Below, one piece after another: positions 11,820-25,936 of a DNA stretch of 64,000 nt. The notes under the pieces are model-generated. The model did no database searches, had not been told where the DNA came from, and saw only the letters and a list, made by a program, of their open reading frames with translations. A program made the position numbers and the translations under genes. The first letter of the stretch is position 1. The number at the start of each line of letters is the position of its first letter. Origin of the DNA: Eledone cirrhosa (Eukaryota); assembly GCA_964016885.1 (NCBI GenBank), contig OZ024746.1, forward strand, positions 93,372,001 to 93,436,000. Reading direction: 5' to 3'.

Positions 11820-12838
11820 GACCAACAACAAATTTATTGTCTAAGTATTTTTAGCTGATTTATGACAATTTTGATGTGCCGGATACAAAAATCACATTGG
11901 TTTTGCTCAATCAGGTCAACTTTTTGATGTATCGTCACATGGTGTTTTTTTACGTTTTTGTTTACATGTACAGGTATTTTCTATTTATATGATCCAAAAT
12001 TCTTTCTTATTTCTTTAAATAAACGAATTCTGAAGAGTTTACATGCGCCAATTTTTGACTAACTGGTATTTTTCTTTTGCAGGTGAATGAAATGGCCAGA
12101 TCTTGCAAAAATGAGCCCGATGTATTCTGCTACATCTGCGGCGAATAGTATTCGCCGCAGATGTAGCATACTATTGTTCCTAACAGGAATCCAGTCACAA
12201 GTTTCATAAAGCGTGCTTACCATGCTCATTTTTGTATGAAACTTGGTGACCAAGATAAAGTTGGGCGTCACACATGGTATGCAAGACATGCACTGAGTAT
12301 GAGAAGATTTGTTTGAAGTTTTGAATTCCCATGGTTTGGAGGGAGCTGACAAACCATGACACTGACTGCTACTTCAGCACTATTGATTTAACTGGGATCA
12401 ACCGGAGCAGCTTCAAGTATCCTGGCCTTGAATCAGCATGTCGTCCTGTAGCTCATTGTGATGAAATTCCAGTACCTGTTTTTGGAGAACCTCCTGACAT
12501 TAATGACGAAGATTCCTCCAGTGTTGAAGAAAATGAAGAAAAAGAAGAGGTTCTTGACGATGCTCTGCACATTCTTTCCCCAAAAGGAGCTAAATGGTCT
12601 AGTTCATAATCTCAGGTTGTCAATGTCCTCTGCTGAACTGTTGGCATCCAGATTGAAGGAAAAAACCCCCTCTGTGACAGTGCTCATATCACCTTCTACC
12701 ACAACAGACATCAAGACTACCTCTATTTTTTTTCTCTGTGGAGAAGGACTTGGTGTACTGTACAGATATTGCGCAGCTTCTGTGCAAGCTTGAAGTGCCA
12801 CAGTACCAACCCGAAAATTGGAGACTGTTCATTGACAG
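11820..12838 (+). mobile_element. Degraded DNA transposon, 5' part with transposase N-terminus, probably Chapaev3/CMC-type
   Basis: MARSCKNEPDVFCYICGE...GDQDK...HMVCKTC, PMVWRELTNHDTDCYF, YPGLESACRPVAHCDEIPVP, QKELNGLVHNLRLSMSSAELLASRLKE and WRLFIDS. A splice-acceptor-like TTTTCTTTTGCAG precedes the ATG. It is truncated by a SINE at ~12838. Confidence 0.65.
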
Positions 12839-14344
12839 CTTTAGTTTATCGACCCCGTAAGGATGAAAAGCAAAGCTAACCTCGGCGGGATTTGGACTCA
12901 GACTGTAAAGGAACAGAAGAAATACTGCGAAACATTTGTCCGACACTCTACCGACTCTGTCAATCCACCGCCCTTCAACCCCTAGTAATGATAACCCTCA
13001 CGAAAAACAAAAATCAATAAAAAAAAAGAAGCACATTTATCACTCTTCAAATAATGCACAATCTTTACTACTGTATAAAAGATGGAAGAACATATCAAAA
13101 TAAACTGCTGAAAATAAATGTACAACTTTAACGAGAAACAGATGTGTTACTCTTAATGTAGTCGTAGGGGCACCATCTTGACATAGGGTGTGATGTAGGC
13201 ATTTTAAACATCGTTCTCCACGTCTGAACATAGGTGATTTTTTTTTCCAGAGAAGGAGAGAGAGAGAGAGAAGAATCGACTCCGGCATTTGACTGATACT
13301 TTATTTATCGACCTCGAAACGACGAAACGCAGAGTTGGCCTAAACTGGATTTGAACTCAGTCTGTAGAGAGACGGAACAAATACTAAGGTATTTTAATTT
13401 GATGTCCGAAATCTCGTATCTTGCACGAGAGTAGGTCTATTTAGTTCTCGGAGAAACGTCACTTCAATTAATTGAGCCGATTGAGTGCGGTGCTGCAGTA
13501 CAGTGAAAAATAACATAAACTTTACCATTCCATGTGTTACAGAGATGATTTGGGTGGATGTAACTATATAAAGAAAAAATATATATGTATAAATGTCTGG
13601 TATTTTTAGCAGTGAATTTAATCGTTCTGATATTCGTGAGTTGCAGACACCTTAACAGATGAGAAAACAAGTTGTATTTGTTTATACACGCACGCACGAA
13701 CACACACATATACACACTCACACCACACCACACACAGACACGTTCTTGTATATATGTATGCATCTATTTGTGGACGATTATATGTTTGTATGGGTGATGT
13801 ACACTGGCTGTTAAAAGTAAAAAGATGATTACAGCTTGAACACGTTTGATGGTATGTCTGCTGGATCAAAGCTGATCTGGGATTAAACAACATTAATGTT
13901 AATATAAAAAAGTTGTGACTATGTAGGGGTGGGGAGGGTGTGTAAAGGGCTCTTGACTTTTGATGGAGTCCTGACATCACGTTTTTTCGGCATTTTGAAC
14001 CCTGCGTAGCCCATCTCTTTTTATGATGTAACACAGCTGATGTCTTCCAAAGACTGATAGGGTCAGGGATGGAAAATGATAAAGAGAGATTAAAGGAAGA
14101 ATCGACAGTACTGGACTGATAGCTTTGTTTATTAACCATAATAGGATGAATGGCAGAGTTGACCTAACGTGTTTTGGACTGAGATCGCATGAACCGGGAC
14201 AAACTGACGGCCTTTCTCACTTGCACATTGGCCAATAAATAATTTTCTGTATAGATAATGAATACAACCACAAGGATATGATCCGAACGTTGAAGGGCCG
14301 AACTCCCACTGTCATCGCCTCCATCTCTCTCGCCCGCCCCACCT

Positions 14345-14990
14345 CTCTGTATGGTGAGCAAATGGGGTCTCACGTGCTGGCCTACCCACAGCCCCGGCGG
14401 GCAGAATGGAGAAGGCGTTTCCCCGGAGGATGGTAAGGGAGATGCGCTGGAAGAGCCATTCTATGTCGCGAGGCTCACACCTGCGGCTGGCCAGCTCAGC
14501 GCCTATGGTGGTGAGTAGGGAGGTAGCCCTAGGGCCAAGGACACCAGAAGTCTCCACTACCAAGGGCACGACCGCAAACCTGTCGGAGAGCGACCGGTAC
14601 TTGGAGAATTTGCCCTACTCAGCCCGACGGGCAGCAGAATCTGGGTTAGTCGCAGAGTGCACCAGGTTGCGACAGAAGAAAGTGTCACTGCAAGTGGCAT
14701 CCCAGACGACGGGTTTGCCACCACGGAACGAGAAGATGGTCATACCGTCTGGCCTTTTGCCGTCCCCTCGGTCCATCCTCACCGGCTCGAGCTGGGAGAG
14801 GAAGCCTGCAGCATCCAAGCCATGCTTTATGACCTCGTTGAGGGCAGTATGGCACGGACGGCGGCCAGCACTGTGACGACAGGAAAGCAGGTGGAGACCG
14901 AAAGAGTGCACGGTGGATCCACAGCGACATTTATGTGACTCGCAGATCCGGAGGCCAAGCTTTAGGGAAACGCCGATGCGCAGACCATCT
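14345..14990 (-). mobile_element. CRE-clade-like non-LTR retrotransposon C-terminal fragment (Zn knuckle and REL endonuclease)
   Basis: LRIGVSLKLGLRICESHKCRCG...GLHLLSC...HTALNEVIK...EPVRMDRGDGKRPDGMT...VVWDATCSDTF...PLVVETSGVLGP...WLFQRISLTILRGNA, with an internal stop. Confidence 0.8.
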
Positions 14991-15069
14991 GTTTTCCGTC
15001 AATACAGTTTCACTCACGAGAGATCTCCGCAGGTTTTGACGATAAGTGTTCCAGTTGTTCAATTAACGC

Positions 15070-15385
15070 ATAGGTTCTAAAACTTTTTGGCCACCTCGCC
15101 TCATGACCACGTAATACCCTCAGCGCCCCCAACCCTATTTCCAGAGAGACCTGCCTACACACAAATTGTAAATGATATATAATAAATAAAATCGTTAATT
15201 TATATATAATAAATAATATAATATATACTATGTATAAATAAATATTTTTTATTTTACTATATATATATATATTTATATCATTTGATATTTAATATACTAT
15301 TATATCATCTTTACCACCCCCTTAGACCCCAGCCTTCTAGACATCCCCGGGGGCGGGGGGTAGCACCCACTTTGAGAACCCCTGA
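15070..15385. mobile_element. hAT-type MITE
   Basis: Imperfect TIRs CATAGGTTCTAAAACT / ACTTTGAGAACCCCTG. Confidence 0.5.
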
Positions 15386-16026
15386 ATTAACGGAACAGTT
15401 AGCTCATGAAATTAACGTTGTTGAACATGCCACAGGCACGTGTAGTACGGGATCGAATGATTGCCAAGCGAACATCTTATCTATTCGGTCATGTTACATC
15501 CACATTGTTTCAATAGAGAGACCAATGGAACAGTCGGCCCAGGAAATTAACGTCTAAATGGTTGAACATTCGACAGACATGCGTACTTTTTAAAGAAATT
15601 CTCAGGGAGATTCAGTGTTACACACTGTGTAACAAGGCTGGTCTTTTGAACTACAGGTATAGTGAATCCGATCGTCTTCCAAACAGTTTCCGTCTACCCA
15701 GTTCACTCATAAGGCATAGGACTATTTGGGACTATGGTAAGTCACACGCTTGCTCAAGATGTCACAAATGGGATCGAATCTGGCATCTAATGGTAGTGAA
15801 TGGAATACCTTAACCACTCGGTCATTCAACATCCACACAATTTAACTTACAAGTTTGGTATGACCTGAAGACACTTGTCCAAGGTATCGTTTGTGGGATC
15901 GAATCTGGAGCGACGGGATTGCAAAATGAAATTTTTAACCACACAGCCCTGTAAGAGGGTGCACTATAAAGTAGAATTTATCTCCTGGCTAATCGATTCC
16001 ACTCACAACAAGGGTTCGATTTAGAC

Positions 16027-16320
16027 CAGGCATGGGCAATCTTTTTCGAGAAGCGGGCTGCATGAGATATGGCTCATCATCAGGCGGGCAGCAAGCGCTA
16101 ATTTACATTCGTGCCCACATTAAAAAAAGGGCGGTAACTCAGGTTGTTTTGATTTGTTTCTTCAGAATTCGTACACGTTGTTTTCCTCGATCGTAAAAAT
16201 GATAGAAAGATAAATTATGACTGAAAAGTTGGGGTAAAAAAATTTCAGAGAAAGATTTCACTTAGGTGACTTAGGTGAGTCATTCAGAAAGCTTCGTGGG
16301 CCACAGGTTGTCTATGACTG
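16027..16320. mobile_element. hAT-type MITE; inverted second copy at 44147-44430
   Basis: TIRs CAGGCATGGGCAA / TTGTCTATGACTG with a near-identical 8-bp TSD (ATTTAGAC/GTTTAGAC). The full length matches 44147-44430 in reverse. Confidence 0.8.
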
Positions 16321-17244
16321 GTTTAGACCTTTGAGAGCCCGGGACACTTCAGGGTTTTTTGGGGGAGGGTGGGGGTTCGCATACACTAAAAATTAGAATA
16401 TATAGCAGCCCCCCAAATTTACATATCACAATCAGTTTGGCACGGGTAATTGGAATTGAAAAGTTATACATAAATTCCCAAAAATCTAACCATCCTCATT
16501 TTACATCCACTTTCCACACTGGCATGTGTTAGACAGGTTGTCATAGTCCAAGATCAGACATATCAGAGTGACTTCATCTTGCTCATACATTACATATTTG
16601 GCATGGTTTCTATAGCTGGCATAGAGGCATTAGACAAAGGTACATAACCACTTTTACTGGGTGTATTGTTTTTGAGATACCAGCACAACCACTTTACACA
16701 GTTGATTATAGTCTATCAAGGCACCAACACTAACAACTTACAGGATGTACTGAGGGTATTTTATCATGGCGCTAGTACTAAAGATGTCGTCACATGTTTG
16801 GCTAGACTAAAGTGTTCCTTTATACACTATACTGTCTCCATTCAATTACCAAACACTGTAGCCTCTCATCTCTCACCACACTTACTATTAGTGTCCCACT
16901 ACTTGTACTGGTGGGAATGTCTTTTATATTATGTCATATTATCAATCAGCGTTCCTGTATCAATTCTGCTTTGATGTCATTCTTCACAACTTCGTCCCAT
17001 GTATTCCATGATATTCCACTTCAAGCGTTTGGCCCTTTTAAAAAAAATACAATTCTCGCTCTCCTTTTGCCTCACTCGTCAGTGGTGCACCTTCCTCTGC
17101 TGCGGAGCCCGGGGCCCGGGGCAATTGCGCCCCTTTGCCCTCCTCCACATTAAAGCTGGCCCTGGGTGAGGTGTGTTGGTGCGTACGTGTCCATCGTTAA
17201 TGCAACAATCACACAATATTCATACATTGATACATTTATGATAT

Positions 17245-17460
17245 GGCGGTGGATTGGCAGTATCGGTAGAGCGTCGGACACCATGCTTTGCGGCATAGAG
17301 TTATGGCTCTTTACGTTCTGAGTTGAAATCCTGCCGAGATTAGTTTTGCCTTTCATCCTTACGGGGTCGATAAGATAAAGCACCAGTCATGCACTGGGGT
17401 CGACATAAGCAACTTTCCCCTCTTCCTAAATTGCTGGCCTTGTGCCTATTGTCGAAATCA
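17245..17460 (+). mobile_element. tRNA-derived SINE with conserved central domain (representative of ~15 copies)
   Basis: B-box-like GAGTTCAAATCC plus GCCGAGGTTAACTTTGCCTTTCATCCTTACGGGGTCGATAAAATAAAGTACCAGT. Other copies at ~1800+, 12840-, 13290-, 19465+, 24035+, 24490-, 24835+, 30685-, 31360+, 37735-, 41640-, 45395-, 60255+ and 60840-. Confidence 0.85.
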
Positions 17461-17722
17461 GTATTTATAGTAGAAATCCCATTGGCCATGAACGTCCAAA
17501 ATCTCACATTTCTCACATTTCAATATAAATTTAAGATGTTATCTTATTTGTAATAAAGAAATAAAACAGAAATTGTTCTCACTGAATTCCTATTACGAAG
17601 AAATAATATATGGATGATTTACATGATAAATATTTGTTGGTGTATTTTAGTGCCAGGTCATCCCCGATCGAGCAGACGTATGTAAACACAGATTATATAT
17701 ATATATATATATATATATACAC

Positions 17723-17766
<44 letters not shown>

Positions 17767-18039
17767 GGAAAATTATATATATATATATATATATACATAC
17801 GTAAATACGTATATATATACACACACACACACGGACGCGGAAAATTCCGCGAATAACCTGGTTCAGGTTATTCGCGAAAATTTCCGTAGAACCTGCTACC
17901 TGACTAATAATTAATTGTTCGTGGAAACCACTGCATATTCGCGGGATCGTAAATATCTTCGGCGATTTTTTATGGCTTTTTTCGTGGCAATATATATTTT
18001 TTACGCTTTTTTACGCTAAATTATTAATAACAATATACT

Positions 18040-18171
18040 GTATTTGCCGGCCTCTATTTTACGTTATATTTAATGTTTATAGGTATTTTTATGGACCACG
18101 TCCAATATTTGCTGTTTTTCACTTATCGCGTGTGCTCTAGAAACGTAATCCCCGCGAATACCGGGAGACAA

Positions 18172-18176
<5 letters not shown>
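18040..18176. mobile_element. Tigger/pogo-like terminal fragment
   Basis: It ends CGTAATCCCCGCGAATACCGGGAGACAACTG|TA, the inverse of a CAGTTG-type TIR. Confidence 0.5.
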
Positions 18177-18237
<61 letters not shown>

Positions 18238-18372
18238 GTAATAATAATAAATGTGAAGACTAAAATCCAAAGAGGGTTCGATAAGGATAAATATATATTG
18301 TTTCAGAAGATCCCGTTAAGAGTGAAAGCAGCGATTCTTTGCTTAAACTTTAATCTGTTATTTTAATATATA

Positions 18373-18422
<50 letters not shown>

Positions 18423-18466
18423 TATATATATATATACAGTATATATATATATATATATATATATTT

Positions 18467-18975
18467 TTTTCTTTAGGTCGTTTTGGAAGCTTCATCAATG
18501 CAGATGGGCAAATCTCCGGGTAACAGGATCCGGTGGTGAAGAGAGAGATGTAAGGGAATGTAGAATGAGATGTATAGTGTGTAGAGGAACGTAGGAAAGA
18601 GCGTAAAAAAAGAAAATAATAACACGAGATAGAGTTACCTTGGGAGAGATTGAATTGTCCCTATATATTTCGGATTCACATCCATCAACTAGGGGTTTTT
18701 CGGGGGGGGGGGGGGGGGAAGGTTATCTGTCGGAAACAACGGAAAAAACCCCAGTTGGTGGATGTGAATTCGAAATATATAGGGACAATTAAATCTCTCC
18801 CAATGTAACTCTATCTCGTGTTATTAATTTTATTTTTTACGCTCTTTCCTACGTTCTTCTACACACTATACATCTCATTCTACATTCCCTTACATCTCTC
18901 TCTTTACCACCGGATCTTGTTACCCGGAGAATTACCCAACTACATTGTTGAGGCTTCCAAAACGACCTAAAGAAA
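18467..18975. repeat. Long inverted repeat (~235-bp arms, ~40-bp G-rich spacer) between (TA)n tracts
   Basis: 18467-18700 is the reverse complement of ~18742-18975 with scattered mismatches. Confidence 0.9.
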
Positions 18976-19146
18976 ATATATCTTATTATTCCACAATGCT
19001 TCAAGCAAACTTCAATACTCTCATATATATATATATATACATATATACAAAGATCGGAATTAAGAGTATTCCGCAGTTCACAGTAATAATAATAATAATA
19101 TTAGCTCAAAGAAGAATAGAGAATTTTCTTCTGAGCTCAAATGCAA

Positions 19147-19420
19147 ATATATTACACAAAGAGAAGTGTGTTACACAGTGAGATGTGTGTAAAGAATTAT
19201 TACAAGTGAGTTTTACCGTTACTGTATAGAGAACAATATCTACAGGTTTAGCAATTAAATAGAAAAAAACTAAGTCAGAATCAAATCTCTGAATTAGAGT
19301 TTTAAATTACCAATTGCTAAACCAGTAGATATTGTTCTCTATACAGTAACGGTAAAACTCACTTGTAATATTTATTTACACACATCTCACTGTGTAACAC
19401 ACTTCTCTTTGTGTAATATA
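19147..19420. repeat. Inverted repeat (~110-bp arms, ~50-bp spacer) next to (TA)n
   Basis: 19147-19256 is the reverse complement of 19312-19420. Confidence 0.9.
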
Positions 19421-19599
19421 TTTATATATATATATATTGGTTTTCACATTTATTATTATTACTATTCTGAGTTCAAATCCCGCCGAGGTTAACTTTGCCT
19501 TTCATCCTTACGGGGTCGATAAAATAAAGTACCAGTGTATTACTGGTACTTGCTGGCCTCGTGCCTAACGTAGAAACAATTATTATTACTATATATATA

Positions 19600-20000
19600 C
19601 ATCATCATCATTATCATCATTTTCATGTCCGTTTTTCCATGCTTGGATGGAATGGATGGGTCATTCGTAGCATGGTATTTGTCCATTTATCGAGTTCCTT
19701 CATCATCGCCTCTGTGAGTCTCAGAGATCTGAGGTCAGCTCCCACAACCTCTACTCAGGTCTTTCTTTGTTTACCACTACTGCGGCTTCCTTCCACCTGG
19801 ATTTCCTGGCATTCCTTCACCCAGCAATCATTGTTTATGCGCATCAGACGTCTGTACCAACACAGCCTTCTCCCCTGCACACCATTTGGATTCCTCTTAA
19901 ACGCAGCTTCTCACTCAACTCGTCAAAGCTCTGCCTTACTCTCACAGTTACATTGCACAGCCAACGAAACATGGTTGCTTCAATTCTCTCAGGTCTACGC
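19600..20000 (-). mobile_element. RTE-clade LINE 3' fragment with (GAT)n tail
   Basis: Minus translation RRLCWYRRLMRINNDCWVKECQ..QVEGSRSSGKQRKT*VEVVGADLRSLRL...DKW. Confidence 0.7.
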
Positions 20001-21615
20001 TTGTATTTATGATCGAAGGCGTTCCAGACAAGACCAAAACATGTTTTATTCAGTTATAGTATATGTACGGCCAGGACCGGATTTAATGGGGGAGCAAAAG
20101 AGCAATTACTCCAGGACCCCTGCAATGGGGAGGGGCTACCAGTGACATCTGTAGCAATTTATTTGTGCTCTCAGCTGGGCTTTTTAGTTTTAGGATGGTT
20201 AGAATTTTTTAAATTTTTGTATGCGTTTGTGCGCCTGCGCTTTCGTCTGTGTGTGTGTGTGTGTGTGTATGTGTGTGTGTGTGTGTGTGTGTTTTGTTTG
20301 TCATGTCTATGTGTGTTTTGAGTGTGTGTGGGACTATTGTTTATGTAAAACCCTGCAGACTGAGCAACATTGTTCATATCAAGAGAGAGAAGAGAAATAC
20401 TTCGTCAGTTACGACGAAGAGTGTTTCAGTTGATCCGATCAACGGAACAGCTTGCTCCTGAAATTAACGAGCAAGTGACTGAGCATTCCACAAACAGGTG
20501 TACCATTAACGTGGATCTCAGGGAGATTCAGCGTGACACAGACTGTAACAAGTCTGGCCCTTCGAATTACATGTTCAACTCATTTTTGCCAGCTGAGTGG
20601 ACACACACACTCACAAGCACGTACACAGACATAACCTCAAATACAGACACACACATACACACAGACACTCACTCAGACACAGACACTCACTCAGACACAG
20701 GCACTCACTCATACTCGCATACACACGCACACACAAACACACACACACTGAAACACACACAGAGGCATGCACAAACACACACAGACAGACACACACACAC
20801 ACACTCAAACACACACAACACGGACGCACACACAGAGGCATGCACAAACACACACGCACCCAGACAGACACACACACTCAAACACACACTCAAACATCAC
20901 ACTCAAACACACACACACGCTCTCGCATACACACGCACAGACACACAGACACACACACACTCACACACACCCTCGCATACACACGCACAGACAGACATAC
21001 ACATATACACAGACGCACACACAGATACATACATCAGGAAACCGATGTCCACCATTTTTGATGGTATGGTGTGAGTTATTCACACGAGATCACGAATCAA
21101 AATATTTGCACCTTACGTTACCCTCTCGACCATTGTGAGTTTTCACCGAAATATAATATATAATATATAATATGTCGTATGTATGACACGTTGCTAGTTC
21201 AAGTCACATCACTTTAACGATTTTTCATTTTTCTTCGTCACCACCATGCTAATATATGTACCAATACACTCACACATACTCACAAACACTCACATATACA
21301 CATGCTTCTACACACGTCGGTGACACAGCACTTATCCAGTAAAGCCCCCCCCCCCCCAAAAAAAAAGAAAGAAACCATCTCTACCCTTCGACCACCAAAG
21401 ACCCATTGACATTTCACGGGTCTATTTACAGTGTAGTTGTACACAACTATACTACACACGTACACGTGAAACAATAGACATTGCTGCGTGCTGACATCTA
21501 ACTGAAGTGATGCGGAAACCATCTGCCAAGCGGCGTGTGAAAAAAGTAACGTGCGTGACTGCAGGAACGTAGGTCATTCGTACACCGTCACAAGAACCAC
21601 GGAATGTAGGTGGGC

Positions 21616-21649
<34 letters not shown>

Positions 21650-21785
21650 CCGGTGTCATACAGCTAAGATAAAGTTAGAATCTGACCGTGAGGTTATGTT
21701 TTGTTATTGTTGTAGGTTTTTTTTTTTATTCCTTACGTCAACCATGATTGAGCAAATCTATTACCAAAACAATTTATAGTCATGA

Positions 21786-21930
21786 TTATCCCGTCTTTTT
21801 AAAACTATAAGGACTACATTATTATCCCGTCTTTTTAAAACTATAAGGACTACATTATTATCCCGTCTTTTTAAAACTATAAGGACTACATTATCATCCT
21901 GTCTTTTTAAAACTATAAGGACTACACTAT
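21786..21930. repeat. Minisatellite, 36-bp unit x4
   Basis: ATTATCCCGTCTTTTTAAAACTATAAGGACTACATT is repeated. Confidence 0.9.
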
Positions 21931-21974
21931 CTGATGTGTTTTTCTAACTTTGTTTAAAACATAATTGATAATTA

Positions 21975-22310
21975 AGATGTTCAGTTCGCAACCATTAGGT
22001 CCCGGGTTTGGTTCCACTGCGTGATATCTTGGACAGATGTCATTTACATTAGCTTCGGTTTGACATATGCTCCGTGAGTGAAATCGGATAGAAGGAAACT
22101 GTTTAGGAGTCAGTGAAACTGACTATCTGTAATTCAAAGGGTTAGCCGTTTCTCACACGGTGAGACGCTAAATCTCCCTGAGAATTATATTAGGGTACAC
22201 GTGTCTGTGGAATGCTTAGCCATTTACACGTTAATTTTATGAGTAGACTGTTCCGTTGATCGAACAACTCTGACATTCATCATCGAAACCGACGGAGCTC
22301 TATCGAACTT
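21975..22310 (+). mobile_element. CORE-like tRNA-derived SINE (representative)
   Basis: Shared body TCTCCCTGAGAATTA..TTAAGGGTACACGTGTCTGTGGAATGCT...TTAATTTCATGAG. Other copies at ~9950-10200, 15385-15840, 20430-20600, 31860-32280, 37900-38220, 41775-41960 and 63170-63220. Confidence 0.7.
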
Positions 22311-22594
22311 TATCCTCACACCAGTAAAAGGGTAAAGGCCCCCTTCGGTCACGAATGGGCATGGGACTTGTGCCTTTGCGGGGCACAACTCCGGGCTAGG
22401 ATGTTTAGCTATGTCGTTGTCATGGACTGAAATGGAATGAAAATACACAGCTATAACTGGCCTCCTATGAGGTCGTATCTCATAACAGTCTCTGTGAATG
22501 TTTTAACAATAGGAGCCCTAGCCTCATCATGTTTTTACAGCTCTCGCCTTTGTAGGTTTAGATGGCCTCATAAGACAGTCACGAAAGTCATATG

Positions 22595-22823
22595 ATCGCA
22601 ATTACAAGCGGCCGAAATGGCGTTCCTCCGAAGAGTCTTTGGAATAACGTTACTCGATAGAGTGCGTAACTCGGAGATCAGAGAGTCACTCCAGATAGAG
22701 CCGCTACTTCACCGAATGGAGAGATCACAGCTCCGATACTATGGACATGTGGTTAGAATGTCTCAAGAAAGAATCGTAGACCCCCGAGAAAGATGGTTGT
22801 ATAACATTCTGAAAGAATTGTGA
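22595..22823 (+). mobile_element. RTE-clade LINE ORF C-terminal fragment
   Basis: LQAAEMAFLRRVFGITLLDRVRNSEIRESLQIEPLLHRMERSQLRYYGHVVRM...RWL. Confidence 0.85.
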
Positions 22824-23354
22824 ACAATTTGTAATGTTATTTATTCAACTACAAATAAAATGTCATCCCCAACCAATTTCTTTAAAATCCCATCAGTTAT
22901 CACACACGCGCTTGTACATTCACCCCTAGATTCCTATGGCTCTCTTATGGTCAGAAACATATACTCTTACAGCTGATACAGGCCAACAAAATACGCACAC
23001 TCTACTTTTCCCTTCACAGCGCTGTATATACACACCCTTATATTAACATACTTTTGTTCACAGCTTCGTACTTACAAGCACATACACACTCTTTTACTTA
23101 CTTATACACACACATATCCTCTTAGCTTCGTACGGACGTATAATTACATACACACACACACACACATACCCACGCGCACAAGTGTAGTTCTATATACAAA
23201 ACGTTTTTTTTCCATTTCAGTATCATACACAAAACGCCATCACCAACAGTTTTCCAAGAGAGGGCAACATGAATCGACCTGTTGTTTTTCTCTAAAAACA
23301 TTTTTTCCAATTCCGCCCCGCCCGTCCCTTCAATCTTTCTAATTTCTCATTCTT

Positions 23355-23555
23355 TCTTCTGATGAAGGACTAGCGTCGGAAACGTTAAGACTCTCTTCCT
23401 GCTTTTTCAAGCATTAAACTAATATATACCGTTTGTGTTGTTATTTCTATTTACCTTTTACATACATACATACAGACACACATATATATATATATACACC
23501 CTCGGAACTCTCTTCCTACCCAATTTTCTCCTGAAGAAGGGCTTATGCCCGAAAC
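23355..23555 (+). ncRNA. Two tandem Penelope-type hammerhead motifs (degenerate)
   Basis: CUGAUGA AGGAC-UAGC-GUCG GAAA CGU UA AGA (23359-23390) and CUGAAGA AGGGC-UUAU-GCCC GAAAC (23531-23555). Confidence 0.55.
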
Positions 23556-23893
23556 TCCCCCCCCCCCTCTCTCAAGAGCGTGAACCTAATAAACCTCTAT
23601 TTGTCTAACTCTCTGTTTTTGTTCCCGTTCAAATTTTCACTATATATATATATATAGTGAAAATTTGAACGGGAGTATATTTTCACCCAACTTGTAGAAA
23701 TCTTATAATGAAACGAGTCGTCTGGGAAATGATATATTTGATATATCTCATATGAAATAATACAGCCAATTAGCCACACAATACAATATAGTTAGCACCC
23801 CAAAAGTTTAATTGGGAATATATTCAGGTATTTCCTAATGTTTGTTGAGTGAGTTGGAATTTGGCCGGAGTATCGCTATTAGCTTTCTCCGAT

Positions 23894-23999
<106 letters not shown>

Positions 24000-24997
24000 G
24001 AGTGGATAAACGTAATGAAGGAGTAGCCATTCGTCCTTGGCAGTATCGGTAGAGGGTCGGACGCCATGCTTTGACGCATAGAGTTACGGCCCTTACCATT
24101 CTGAGTTCAAATCCTGCCGAGGTTAACTTTGCCTTTCATCCTTACAGGGTCGATAAAATAAAGTACCAGTAATGCACTGGGTAATTGCTGGTCTTGTGTC
24201 AAAAGTAGAAACAATTATTATAATATTATATATATATAAGTAGTTCCACAACAGTTATATATATATGTATATATATATATATGCTTCTAACGCTATTAAG
24301 AAATATATACACCAATGGTTGTAGATGCTACGGACATACTGTAAAGCATCTCCTCCTTATGTTTAACCCCCGTAACTCCCGAGGGAGTCATAGGGCGCTA
24401 TATTGACATATGGGGTTTCTAGGGCATTTTAAAACCCGACGAAGTCCATCTCATCTTGAGAGAAAGGGAGTCAGAAAGAGATATAGAGGAAGAATCGACA
24501 CCAGTATTAGACTGGTACTTTTTTTATCGACTTTAAATGGCTGAAAGACAAAGTTGACCTCGGCGGGATTTGAACTCCGAGAGCAGAGAATAAGAACACA
24601 AAGCATTCTATCCGACATCGTAATGGCTCTGCCGCCGCCTCTACCTCCTCCTTATGTGTGTCTTAAAAGGGGAAATGTTCAGCTGGAGAATCTACTTGAA
24701 ATAGTTGAGGAATTCAGCTAAGGTATAAGAACGGAGGCATATGTACTAAAGTTGCTATAAGAATGACAATTATAACTGAGAGCATTACATTACCGTGCCA
24801 AGAAGTAGAAACAATTATATTACCTTCAGGGTGTGGTGGATTGGCAGTGTCGGTAGAGGGCCGGACGTCATGCTTTGACGCATAGAGTTACGGCCCTTTC
24901 CATTCTGAGTTCAAATCCCGCCGAGGTTAACTTTGATTTTCATCCTATCGGGGTCGATAAAATAAAGTACCAGTAATGTACTGGGTAATTGCTGGCC

Positions 24998-25410
24998 TTC
25001 TTCTTCTTCTTCTTCTTCTTCTTCTTCTTCTTCGCCCACTTATTCCTGAGAGGGTCGTGGGGGCAGAGTCCTCAAACACTCCTTCCAGCGGGTCCTGTCA
25101 GAAGCAACCGTCTCCACCTGATCCGGCTGTATCTCCAAGCGAGACCAGTCAATCACATGGTTGTTATCCAACCATCTTGTTTAGGGTGTACCCCTGTGTC
25201 TGCTGCCGGTTGGTTTTTGCCCGTAAAATCTGTCCAGCTATCCCTGTAATTTTTATGTCCAGCATGTCCTCGTCTATTTTAAAAGAGAGTAGTAGAGTTT
25301 GATTTTCAGAAGATCTGGTTACCATTCCTAGTATATAAAGTGACGGCGCAGTCCTGTCAGAAGCAACCGCCCCCAACTGATCCGGCTGGATCCCCGAGCG
25401 AGACCAGTCA
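24998..25410 (-). mobile_element. Short retroposon with RTE 3' end and (GAA)n tail; near-identical copy at 37196-37610
   Basis: Minus translation GTPKQRWLDNNHVIDWSRLEIQPDQVETVASDRTRWKECL, with a (TTC)n tail on the + strand. The ~320-bp match to 37290-37610 is close. Confidence 0.8.
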
Positions 25411-25936
25411 AATTAAAAAAAAAAAAAAAAAAGATTTACTTTTGTTGAAAAAAAAAGATTTACTTTTGTTGATACAGGGAGCCGGCCGAACACGTGATGT
25501 TTCTTCGACGCCCGGCCCTAGTATCGACGTCGCAGAAAAAACACCACGCGTTTGGCCGGCCCCCTCTATCAGGGAAAAAAATATATTTCGAGGAAGTTAC
25601 TGGATATTTTCTTTCAAATTTAAAGGTTTTTTTTTCTTTTAGGAACTTTCAATGTTTTCAAGTTTTTATAAGTTTTGGCGTCGGTAGAGCTCAGACTCTC
25701 ATAACTGATTGTCCTCGGTGAAATATGTATAACGGAGTTTTAAATAAACCTGAATCAACTTATTATGGCCTCCGATCTTTTAAAAATATATAATGCTCCG
25801 GCTTGCACCATTTATACAGGTTGTTGAGTGCTTCTTTTTATTAGCTTCACAACCGGCAGACCATAATGTGGTCAGCACATCTCTGTTTGGTTAACCCCAT
25901 ACACATACTCTTATATATATATATATATATATATAT

